Source: Macrostomum lignano (taxonomy: Eukaryota). From it: a DNA stretch of 64,000 nucleotides. This document shows, one piece after another, positions 1 to 11,900 of the stretch. Position 1 is the first letter of the stretch. Each line of letters begins with the position of its first letter. The notes under the pieces were generated by a model, which searched no databases, was not told the DNA's origin, and saw nothing but the letters and a program-made list of their open reading frames with translations. The translations under genes were made by a program, and so were the position numbers. The stretch spans positions 1 through 64,000 of the forward strand of contig NIVC01000080.1 of the NCBI GenBank assembly GCA_002269645.1. The letters are read 5' to 3'.

Positions 1-2113
1 TCGAAAATACGCTCAATACGCTCACGGCGTGTTATTCTGCTTCCGCGCACTTGGATTTGCACGCAGTCAGTTTCTTTAGACAAATAGACACGGTTTAAGC
101 TAGAGGCGCAGTTGCCTTCTAATAACTACACCAAGCAGTCTCGCGCATGCACAGGCGTTCGAAAATACGCTCAATACGCTCACGGCGTGTTATTCTGCTT
201 CCGCGCACTTGGATTTTGCACGCAGTCAGTTTCTTTAGACAAATAGACACGGTTTAAGCTAGAGGCGCAGTTGCCTTCTAATAACTACACCAAGCAGTCT
301 CGCGCATGCACAGGCGTTCGAAAATACGCTCAATACGCTCACGGCGTGTTATTCTGCTTCCGCGCACTTGTATTTTGCACGCAGTCAGTTTCTTTAGACA
401 AATAGACACGGTTTAAGCTAGAGGCGCAGTTGCCTTCTAATAACTACACCAAGCAGTCTCGCGCATGCACAGGCGTTCGAAAATACGCTCAATACGCTCA
501 CGGCGTGTTATTCTGCTTCTGCGCACTTGTATTTTGCACGCAGTCAGTTTCTTTAGACAAATAGACACGGTTTAAGCTAGAGGCGCAGTTGCCTTCTAAT
601 AACTACACCAAGCAGTCTCGCGCATGCACAGGCGTTCGAAAATACGCTCAATACGCTCACGGCGTGTTATTCTGCTTCCGCGCACTTGTATTTTGCACGC
701 AGTCAGTTTCTTTAGACAAATAGACACGGTTTAAGCTAGAGGCGCAGTTGCCTTCTAATAACTACACCAAGCAGTCTCGCGCATGCACAGGCGTTCGAAA
801 ATACGCTCAATACGCTCACGGCGTGTTATTCTGCTTCGCCACTTGTATTTGCACGCAGTCAGTTTCTTTAGACAAATAGACACGGTTTAAGCTAGAGGCG
901 CAGTTGCCTTCTAATAACTACACCAAGCAGTCTCGCGCATGCACAGGCGTTCGAAAATACGCTCAATACGCTCACGGCGTGTTATTCTGCTTCCGCGCAC
1001 TTGTATTTTGCACGCAGTCAGTTTCTTTAGACAAATAGACACGGTTTAAGCTAGAGGCGCAGTTGCCTTCTAATAACTACACCAAGCAGTCTCGCGCATG
1101 CACAGGCGTTCGAAAATACGCTCAATACGCTCACGGCGTGTTATTCTGCTTCCGCGCACTTGTATTTTGCACGCAGTCAGTTTCTTTAGACAAATAGACA
1201 CGGTTTAAGCTAGAGGCGCAGTTGCCTTCTAATAACTACACCAAGCAGTCTCGCGCATGCACAGGCGTTCGAAAATACGCTCAATACGCTCACGGCGTGT
1301 TATTCTGTCCGCGCACTTGTATTTTGCACGCAGTCAGTTTCTTTAGACAAATAGACACGGTTTAAGCTAGAGGCGCAGTTGCCTTCTAATAACTACACCA
1401 AGCAGTCTCGCGCATGCACAGGCGTTCGAAAATACGCTCAATACGCTCACGGCGTGTTATTCTGCTTCCGCGCACTTGGATTTTGCACGCAGTCAGTTTC
1501 TTTAGACAAATAGACACGGTTTAAGCTAGAGGCGCAGTTGCCTTCTAATAACTACACCAAGCAGTCTTGCGCATGCACAGGCGTTCGAAAATACGCTCAA
1601 TACGCTCACGGCGTGTTATTCTGCTTCCGCGCACTTGTATTTTGCACGCAGTCAGTTTCTTTAGACAAATAGACACGGTTTAAGCTAGAGGCGCAGTTGC
1701 CTTCTAATAACTACACCAAGCAGTCTCGCGCATGCACAGGCGTTCGAAAATACGCTCAATACGCTCACGGCGTGTTATTCTGCTTCCGAGCACTTGTATT
1801 TTGCACGCAGTCAGTTTCTTTAGACAAATAGACACGGTTTAAGCTAGAGGCGCAGTTGCCTTCTAATAACTACACCAAGCAGTCTCGCGCATGCACAGGC
1901 GTTCGAAAATACGCTCAATACGCTCACGGCGTGTTATTCTGCTTCTGCGCACTTGTATTTTGCACGCAGTCAGTTTCTTTAGACAAATAGACACGGTTTA
2001 AGCTAGAGGCGCAGTTGCCTTCTAATAACTACACCAAGCAGTCTCGCGCATGCACAGGCGTTCGAAAATACGCTCACGGCGTGTTATTCTGCTTCCGCGC
2101 ACTTGTATTTTGC
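1..2113. repeat. 159-bp tandem satellite, 13 full units plus a partial one (continues off the left edge)
   Basis: Unit starts TCGAAAATAC at 1, 159, 318, 477, 636, 795, 951, 1110, 1269, 1426, 1585, 1744, 1903, 2062. Units are near-identical apart from small indels and a G/T variant in CTTG[G/T]ATT. Confidence 0.97.
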
Positions 2114-2953
2114 GTACGGAGACTAAGGCTTGGCTTCTTAGCGCTGTTCTTTCGAAGATTGCATTTTTTTTGTTAATAAGAGTTCTTTATATGAGGCGGC
2201 CTATCAGCAATGAGTCTAGTTGCTGATTTGGATTCTAACCAGATCAGCAATTGAGCGTGTTTGTGCACACGGCACCACAACATTGAGTCAGTTAACGTGC
2301 AGTTACTTACTGCTTTTTAGAATTTCAATCGCACACGCTGCGGCTGACAAAGAAAGTTAAGCCAAGCTTAGGTAACGCCAGCGGCAACGCATTTGCTATG
2401 CTTCTTTATACACACATACGAGCGTATGTATGCGCGATGCCGTTAACTCTTTAAGTCGTCGTGTTTATGGCCTAAGCAGGCTTGGCTAATCGTCGTGGTA
2501 AGAGAGCTCTGAATTTCTGTTTTTTAGGAATGCCTTGTCCTCGCGTGGTACGAGGCTTTGCTCTTCTCATTCTCTTTCTCCTTACCTACTAGCGCGAGTT
2601 TACCGTGAGCTTTTGATCTTCGAATAAGTAACGAAATCATTAAGGATTATTATTGGGGTGCTTTAGGATTTGTTTTTCAATAGACTACTTTTTAACAATG
2701 GCTATCGCGAAAGTCATTTTTGAATTACACGAGCTAATAATATGCATAATTTTAGCATTTTGGAGTATGCAATTATTTTATCCTTTAAGGTAGAAGCAGA
2801 AAAATTCTTATGAACATACAAAAACAATTTTTGCAATTATTTTCAATGAAAGTAATGACATAGCGCTAAATTCGAGTGTAAGAACCTCCAATTTTAGGCT
2901 ACTTTAAATATTCATGTGCAGCATCCTTTTTCCTTTTCTGACTCGGAGAATTT

Positions 2954-5900
2954 TTACAGCACTGACTCTTTCTCTATCACCATCCTTCGCTGCTGTTGCT
3001 GCTGCAGTGTCGAATCTTCTCCACCTCTAATATTCGGATGTCGGTAGAGAATCTCCTGCAGTTGGCCCTCGTGTCGCTGCTGCTTTGGCTCAGACTTGTT
3101 GGCGGTCAGGCCACACAGGTGTTGCCTCCGATGCAGCTCTTTAGGCGATATTTTTAATTGCGGAATATCTGGCATCGGCATCGGCATTGGCATCCGCGGC
3201 AGCGTAAGGTGCGAACATGACACTTGACTAGCGTTCCATACTTCAGGCATGGTTTGCAAAGTTACGGCAGTGCTGGGAATCGGCGCCATTCCACTGCCGT
3301 GTCGACGAAACTGAAAGCAGTTGCTCACCGACTGCAGCCGGCTGGCTACGGCGACCTCGTTGCTGGAGCAAAGAAACGACTGAGAGGTGCTTCGGGCTTA
3401 CAGATTCGCGCGGGTGTGTAATTTAAGCAACATATTCGATGCTAGTTTGAATCTAGAACTGCTGAATAGTTAGTTACTAACTAGTTACAGTTGATTAGGC
3501 TTCTTGCGTCACCCATCAAGGCAGTTACTTTGAGAGATGGGTAAATTATGCTTTGTTCTGAAGCTGCCTGTGTTTTGTGCTTCTACATGTGTAGATTTGC
3601 AATAGCTATACCGGTACACGTACGCTCAATTAGCATATTTACAGGGACAACTAAAACTACCGGGACGCGAGCCCCCAACTTTTTTCGCCATGATTTGGCT
3701 TGTTTCGCGTCCCGGTAGTTTTAGTTGTCTCTGCATATTTATGTACGTACATTTAAAATTACCGACCCCCTCTCACTCTTTACTGATCACCCCAACCCAT
3801 ATTACGCTCACGTGTGTACGCTTTCACTCAACTTATAAATATATCGACCCAGAGCATCTCGCTCAAATTCTTTTCATCGCTTCTAGTGCATTATAGCTAA
3901 TTGTCTCTTGCATCTCTATTAGTTATTCTAGCAACTAAGCTCTATTTCGCTCTGCTGTGATATGGTAGCAGCTCTGAGCTTCGGAAGAGGTTTGCGGCCC
4001 CTTACAGTGCATGCGAGAATTGCATCAGCAAGCTGTACACAATCTTTGGAGGAGTCAAGCAATGTCAGCGACTGAGCCGTTGTCTGCCTGTAGGCCACCT
4101 TGCTGCGAGTCAGGCAGAGTTGCAGAGAGAGAGGAATAGAGCAAACAATGGGAAAAGTAGGAGACGGACTGAGGCGAGTAGAAAAGAAAGTGCATGAGGA
4201 GTGATTTCAAAGAAGTACGAGCGGATAAGTATTTTCATTAACAGTACCGTTAGAACCACTGTAGAACGTTTTGTTGTTTTAGTTGCTCATTTTTGCGCAC
4301 CTTCTCAAACAATAATCAAGTCGCCACCCTCCGGACCGTCGAGTATTCAAAAATTCTGCCAGATTTTTTCCCAGAAGCGCTAGTGTATTCAATACAAACT
4401 TGGTGCCAGTCAGCACTGAGCCTCAGCGCAGCCTTGCTAATTTTGTTACTACGGGGTGAGAATTTTCAGGGTGGGAATCGCCCTTTGGTATTTTGACCCA
4501 TTTTGACTTGGTATTCCTACTGTTTGTTACTTTAAGAGTGGAACAAACTATTAGCCATACTTTAGTGGTGAATTAAGATGTCGATAATTGAGAGCCGTTC
4601 GGTGCAGAACAAAAGCACTTGGTTATTACCAGTTAGCACAGTGTTCGATCGGCTGGTATCCTCCTCCGTCTCCAGCGCAAGTAGTGTCATCACTCGCCCT
4701 GTAGTCAATGGCAGCGCAGCCGCTGCTTATCAAAGCTTCCAGCTTTTGCACCTTCCTCCTGGCTACGTCTAGCTCGTGTCGAACTTTCCACAGTTGAGTC
4801 TCGCAAATGGGGTTTCGGCACTTGTGATGCTTGAGAAGGTCCACTGTCTGATTTACGGACTGCTCGAATGACAGCAGCTGGCCCATACTCTGCGCAGGGG
4901 TTAAGGGAATTGTTTGAACTTTAGTTGCCTTTAGGAACCACTGTTTAACTACAGATCTTTTTTGCTTCGTTTTAACATTATTTTTCACAAGTCACAGTAA
5001 GTTACTTTTCAAGGTTACATAAGATAACTTAGATATAATGTTTACGAAAGTACAAACTTGCTTTTATTAATAAAAATGTTTTTGCAAAGTGCGTAATTCA
5101 ATAAACAGAGTTCCCAGCTCTAGAAAAAATAACGTCTTTTATGTCTACAGCCAGTGAATAGCGAGTAAGAAAGTGCAAACCGGAATTTTTTAAAAATTAT
5201 AACCGTGAGTTCCGCTTTCATTCATTAACATTATCTAAGAAGAGACAGTTCATTTACGGAAAGTAGCAGTGTCTAAAGTTGAAGCCTTTATTTAGTGTGC
5301 TTTAATAAGCAGCAATTTTTTTATCGAAATGACCTCAACAGATACCTTGCTGCTAAAAGAGGCTCACCCTTTGTCTAGCCACTTTTCAACTAAACTAACA
5401 AACTAACAAAAGTACGAGCTAACTTCCCAAAGCAGTTTGTATAACTCAATTAATTTAAGCGCTTTAGTGTCTTAACCACTGTTCATTCTCTTAGACATGA
5501 TATGAACGGAATAAAAAATTTGACTCAAGGTCGTTTTTTCACTACGAGTGCAATCATAAGAATCTAATTTTTCCTGATCAACAGGAACCGTACATATGGC
5601 AAAGTGCCGCTGAGCTGGACGATATCGTGAGGTCGTTTATTGCTTGATTGTATGTTCGTTATTTATCATTCGTAGTTGCGTGTTCTGATGTTCATCATGC
5701 TTATTTAATATATTCATAAGCGGGCCCTAATAGTTAAATGACAAGCAGTCACTTAAATATTTCGAGGCGTTATAACATTGAAATCCGCCACCCAGAGCAT
5801 TGGCAGAGTGATTGATTTAACTCTACACTGAAATTACGCAAGGCTTTCCAACTCCGGCGCACTGGATCTACTAGTATATTTCTATCGTTAACGATATATA

Positions 5901-8900
5901 AAATTAGGCGCTTTCATCCAACAAGCTATTCCTTTTGAAGAGATACATGGAACACTTACAATGGACACGAGCCCGCAGCAGCCGTACTTGTCCCATTCCT
6001 TGAGCCGCGGTCGCATGTACCGATAGAACGAGTGCTCCAGAAGCAGCAGAACGCAGCAGAGCAGCATGCCGCCAATAAGCAGGATGAACGCGCTGATGAA
6101 ATTCTTCACTCCAAGTGTTTGGTTGGTGTTGCGCAATTTTCCGCCTTTCTGACAGGCGCCAGTAAACCAGAAGTTGCTCCAGCGTTCCAACTGGCCTGTC
6201 AAGTGTTATTAGAGTTTTTAAGTGTTTTAGAAGTACTCAATAATGCCGTTTTCAACAGTTTTTCAAGATTTCGTGGGAGGGAGAAGGTTGTAGCCCAGTG
6301 GTTAGAGCGTCGGACTCACGACTTGAAGGTCGGGGATTCGATTCCCGATTCCACTGGAACAATTTGTATCATTGAGCAAGCCACTTAACTCTGCACTGCT
6401 TCAGTTCAACCTACTGTAAAATGGGTACCAGCATTACGAAATAGCTGGGGTAATTCCAAGTGTGTGGCGACCCCCCAGTCCTTGGCCCAATTGGGGAGTG
6501 TAATCAATTATTAATTTATTATTATGCCGGTTAAGAAAAATTTCCAAGCTTGCTAATCAACCTTTATTCAATCAATACCAACCTTTAAGCATACTCAGGA
6601 TGCTTTTTATATGAAAAAATACTTTGAATTCAAGATTTTGCATGTTTTTTTCATAGTGCCGGTTTTGTTCACTTCCTGGATCAATATCTGGAATTTGTTG
6701 AGCCCTACATCATTTTGGGAACTGATACTTTTAATCTGCTTTAAGTGCTACTTGGAATTTCCCCTCTGCGACTGGTATTATGCCCTAAGAGGCATGTCTG
6801 TGTCCTCAATCTTCTAAAACTTCAACTCTATTTATTCTGTATTTTTTAAATATTTTTACACCCGAGTGCATGTATGACAATAATGAACTCGTTACGTCCT
6901 AACTGCAGCTGCTGTTTAAAAACGAAGAAATTTGAGCCCAAGAGAATTTTTCGAACACTCTCATTTGAAAAATGAATTTCAGAAATAGGCGTCTACTTTG
7001 CATATGAAGAAAGTGGGTTTTTTATTGCAGATCCTCGCCTACATCCGCTGAACGTGAGGAGCAAGTAGGAATTTTGTCCCCCGTCTCAATCACCTCGGAG
7101 CCATGACTGTCATCTCACTCCTCTCTTCAATCGGCAGGATCCTGGGAAAAAATTATGCAAATTCACCATTCTTTCGGTACGTGAGGATTCGCTGGTTGAT
7201 CTTGCCAAGCCACTTGGAGCCTTTGGGCAGGCCCACTCCGTAGCCGGTCATGGAGTACCAATTGCCCACCGTGCGCAGCTTGCAGTCCTTGTCCTTGCCG
7301 ACTCGGTACTGCAGCACCGTGGCGTCGTAGATGAATGCGTCAATTTCGCTGGTCAAATTAGGATAGAAGCAAAGCTGTTGGTTGGTGTAGACTTTGTGTT
7401 GCGATATCTACGTAAAATGCTGTTAGCTCGTACTGCAGCAACAAAGAACTACTTACAGTTACCGTTGCATCAGGAAAGAAACACCCACTTAATCGAAAAA
7501 TTTTTGAACGCCCAACTTAAAATTCTTGATTTTTAATGTACAATTTAAACTTCCAATTGAGTGCTTAAAATTTTGAACTATCAATATTAAAGACTGTAAT
7601 ATGCAAAAGTACTCAAGGCCCACTAAATTTATTTTCGCTCATTTTTCAGAACTCTGAGCGAGTATCCACAGTATCTGCAGACTTTGCGCTACTCTCGAAA
7701 ATAAAATAAACTACAAGTCTATATGGAATTATCTGGCAAATTTACTGGTAATACTCCCATCAATTAAGTCACAAAATCAACTGACTGTTATGCCGAGATG
7801 GTCCCTAGGTCATTAGAAGCACTTGTTTTCTGAGTGCAGGTTATGCAGTAATCCAAGTTACTAACTGGGAGATAAAAAATTATTAATTGTCAACAATCAA
7901 TATCTGGAATTTGTTGAGCCCCACATCATTTTGGGGACCGATGTTGTTAATGTGCTTTAAGTGCTATTTGGAATTTCCCATCTGCGACTAGCATTATGCC
8001 CAACGAGGGCATCGTCCTCAATCTTCTAAAACTGTCCTCACTCTATTCTGCTGGATGCTCTCTAGGTGCGTAACAGTAATTGAAACAGTAATATGAGCTA
8101 TCGTCATATTGTAAGCTTATTTCTGATGTAGCGCTATGTCTGATGTAAACCTGTAGAACTCGTGACTAACTACATCAGAAGTAAGAACTAAGTATAAGTA
8201 GATGTACGCTCGAATGCGACTCACAAAGAAGTACTACTGCCATAGACACAGTTTGCGGCTTGGCCTGCCCTGCAGGCCATGAACATTTTTTAATCTTTGG
8301 CTGACATGTCTTTAGTTTGCGGTAGCAGCTCCTACTGAGTATTTAGTCTTTGAAACTTTTGGATTGTATTTGTACAGCTTGTGGCTCAGTTTTTAAGCTA
8401 GAGCAGTTTCTATTAACGTCCTTTTCAATTTTTTAACACTACTTATCGTCATTATGGCTCAAGCGGAGCATTTTGATACTGATACTGATCCCGAGTTTGA
8501 AGAAGGAGACGACAGTTTTTTCACTGATGATGAGGACGAAACCGAACAAGGAGGCATGGAAATGCAAGAGGTAGATAAAGGCTTGGCCGCTGCCCATGGT
8601 GCAACCAATGTTTGGCATACATGCCACCCTGGCCAAGATCAGAAGCTGAACCAGGACCCGGAGTTCCTTGGCATGCCAGGTGTCAATCCGGATTTGCCGC
8701 AACCCGAGAACGCTGATGAAGATCCAGTAGCTTTCAGCCGAATGTTTCTGACACCCGAATTGCTACAGAAGCTGTGCGACTGGACGAATGCTCGAGCGTG
8801 GCGCGAGTTCGAAGATCTTCAGGATGAACAGCTACCATCGCGATTTTCCAGCTGGAAGGATGTCACTGTAAATGAGATTTCAAAGTTCGTCGCAATGTCC

Positions 8901-11900
8901 CTTTATATGGGAGTAGTAAAAAAACCGGAAGTGACCCACTATTGGTCTAAAAGCGGGTTCTATTCTACGCCATTCTTCCAGCAGCAAGCAAGTCTGCCAA
9001 GAGACAGGTTTCAGCAGATCAGCAGTCTACTACGCTTCTATGACTGCTCCAACTTTGACGCCGCTGATCCTCTGGCTAAGGCCAGGCCCTTCATCAACTG
9101 TGTGTCGCGGATCTGCCGGAACGTGTACATGCCAGAGAAGGAGCTAAGCGTAGACGAAGAACTGGTGCTGTTCAGAGGAAGAGTACTGTTCCGCCAATAT
9201 ATTCCAGCAAAGAAAGCGCGGTATGGCATTAAAATTTATTGCTTGTGCGAGGCAAAAACAGGTTATGTTTGCAACTTTCTTGTGCATTCGAGCAAAGCCG
9301 AGAATGATAAGTTTGGTCAAGATCTGGGATGTGAAGGACTTTCGATGAGCGAGAAGGTGCTGGTTGAGACATGCCGATATGTACTGGACCTTGGCTACCA
9401 TGTCGTTTGCGACAGCTGGTTCGGATCGCATCGCCTAGCAGACTACCTGCTGCATCACGGCACACTGCTGACCTGCACAGTGCGTGCAAACCGCGGTGTC
9501 CCGTTGAATTGAGAGATCTGGCCGTGCCCGCTCCAGGCTGTGCCTTCATGCGAAGCGGCAGTGTACTTGCTGTGAAGTACGTCGTCAGAAAGGCATCTGG
9601 TACAAAGACGGTGTATTTTATTGACACCAAAAATGCCGCCGCCATTCAACATGTTCACCGCACCATTCAAGGAAATCAGGAAGTTGTCGAACTCAAGCCT
9701 CTAACAGCAACATCGTACAATAGCTTTATGGGCGGTGTTGATAAGCTGGACTCTGGCCTACAGCCGTATAGCCCAAACAGAAGGACACAAAAGTGGTTTG
9801 CCAAGCTATGGGCCCACTTTTTCTTGGTCCTTGTCAGAAACGGTTGGGTTGTGTACCAGTCCCGTGGCGGCTCGTACGACTTCCTGAAGTTCCTGGAATT
9901 AACCATCAAGGGCTTCATCCAGACTACTGGACCTGCACGGAGCCGGCAAATTCAAGCACAGCCTGGCACAGGACCCAATAGGCAGCAGCATCTCCTGAAG
10001 CGCCTCCGGCCAACAGGTGCCCAGGCTCGGTCAGCCAAGCGTTGCAGACAGTGTTACAAGAGTGGCCGAGTCAAGAAAACTGTCTATTGTTGCGATTACT
10101 GCCAGGGAAATCCAGGTCTTTGCGCTGTGCCCTGCTTCGGAGATTGGCATGCCAATCAAAATTAATTATAACTATTTGTTAAATTGTGACTCATCTGCTG
10201 TTATGCCTATGACTGCTACTCGTACTTGGTGTTATCGATGTTTGTTGGTCGTTGTTGAATTACTCGCTTATCATTTTAAACTTGTTCGTATTACTTGTTT
10301 TCGTAAATTTTTCACTATGTCTTTGAACTTTTATTCACTATTCCAATGACTGTTGAGAAAATATATTCACACTTCATAACTCGTTTAGTATCCCTGTTGC
10401 GCATTAGTATAGAAAAATCAGCTGTTAAAAGGAACAAAAAAATTACTTAAAACAACCGACTTTTTCATGGCCTGCTCTGCAGGCCACAGCCGCAAACTAA
10501 GACTCATTAGAAATGTTTTAACATATCAGCAGCAAATTGAGCCGCAGACCATAGATATGAGACCATGACCTGCAGAGCAGGCCATCCGCAGTCTTGGGGT
10601 TAAACTTACTAGTTTTTTAGCGCCTTGATTCCCTCGTCAACGTTGGACTTGTTGTAGTTCTGCATGTACGTGGCCATGCGAGGGAAGTTCATTTTCACAT
10701 TCTCCTCCGTGGCTCCAGAGGGCACCGTGGCAAAGCGGAACGGCGGCCGATGACTTCCCGGATCGTTCAGGCGCCAGTCGTTAATACCTTCGAGGTCGTA
10801 AAAAGACTCCTCGGCTATCATAAATGCTGCAAGGTTGGCTGTGTAGGAAGCCAGGAATACCAGCGCAAACAGGGCCCAGATGTTTCCTAGGAAGCGGCTG
10901 GCCACGCCTCGCGGGTTGTCGGCGTTCACTGCGGCACCGAACAACATCGACCAGATCAGCCACAGGGAGCGGAACAAGCTGAACTTGTGCTCTGGAAGGA
11001 TGTTGCGTGGGGTAAAAAATTAAATTGTGCTATATTGGATGGGGTATGGTAGCGACTTATATTTTGTTCTGGCGAGAAATTACCGAATATGAATAGTTTA
11101 GAGTACGTTTAAAACCCCAAGTAAAATAGCGTTAGTTTAAACCTACTGTTAGGCTATTAGCATTCTGTATTCAATGCGAGGGTACTCTAAGCTTTCAAGA
11201 CTCAAAGAAAATCCCGGTGAAAAGCCCCACCTCTGGGCGGTACGTTGCCCCGGTCGAGTCCCTGTGGGCTGAGCCACTCGAATAGGAATAACGCGGCACC
11301 GGAAGCATGAACAGAGAACACCAGGATAAGGCACCAGGATGGATAGTCGTACGGCTCTGTAATTAGCGAAACGTTGGAATGGGACTTAAAGATATGATCT
11401 TGCTAAAAATTGAGAACTTTTTAATTGATTGAAATGGTGCTCATTAGCTCACTAAGAAAAGCTTTTGTCGATATGGCCCCTTCCCGCAGTGCCACCAGTA
11501 TGGAGATTCCTGTTCTCTGATACGGAACGCTGAATTCAATCTGTTCACTTCGGTTTGGGGTGATCTTCAACGCTGTCATCACTAGATCTGCTTCGTTGTT
11601 GATTAGCACCCGAACAAGTCCATTCCAGCCTTCTGTTTGCTGAATGAAGTAAAGTGCATTCGGAAGCCTTAGCTTTGAGAAAGTGAATGAAAATCAATTG
11701 AAAAGTCTCACCGTCCAGCCACCCCATTTTCTGTCGGGTACTTCGAATAAGTCCACCTCGAAATCCAAATCCTTCATCAGCTCTTTAAGCAGGTCGATTG
11801 ACAGCCCCGAACAGCAGCTGGCCTCAAATGGCACCTCGCGAGATCGATTTCCCGACCAGAAGTGCTCACCGAACGCAAGGAGCAAACTGCCGGGTCCGAG

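Noticed and set aside
6284-6356. Functional tRNA gene (CAC anticodon position)
   Set aside because: The acceptor and anticodon stems pair poorly and the sequence continues into a SINE body, so it is treated as a SINE head.
7040-7143. Possible alternative NR2 exon after the acceptor TTTTCCCAG
   Set aside because: All three frames hit a stop within ~50 nt, and there is no supporting homology.
8116-8185. 16-bp inverted repeat (CTTATTTCTGATGTAG / CTACATCAGAAGTAAG); similar short IRs at ~22276-22343 and ~18503-18528
   Set aside because: No TSD, and they do not match the piggyBac ends. They may be MITE remnants but are unsupported.
8520-8545. Hammerhead-like CTGATGA...GAAAC
   Set aside because: No stem II can form. 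The sequence encodes FTDDEDET in the transposase. Other CTGATGA hits (~17307, 18348, 40713, 59732) also lack the stems.
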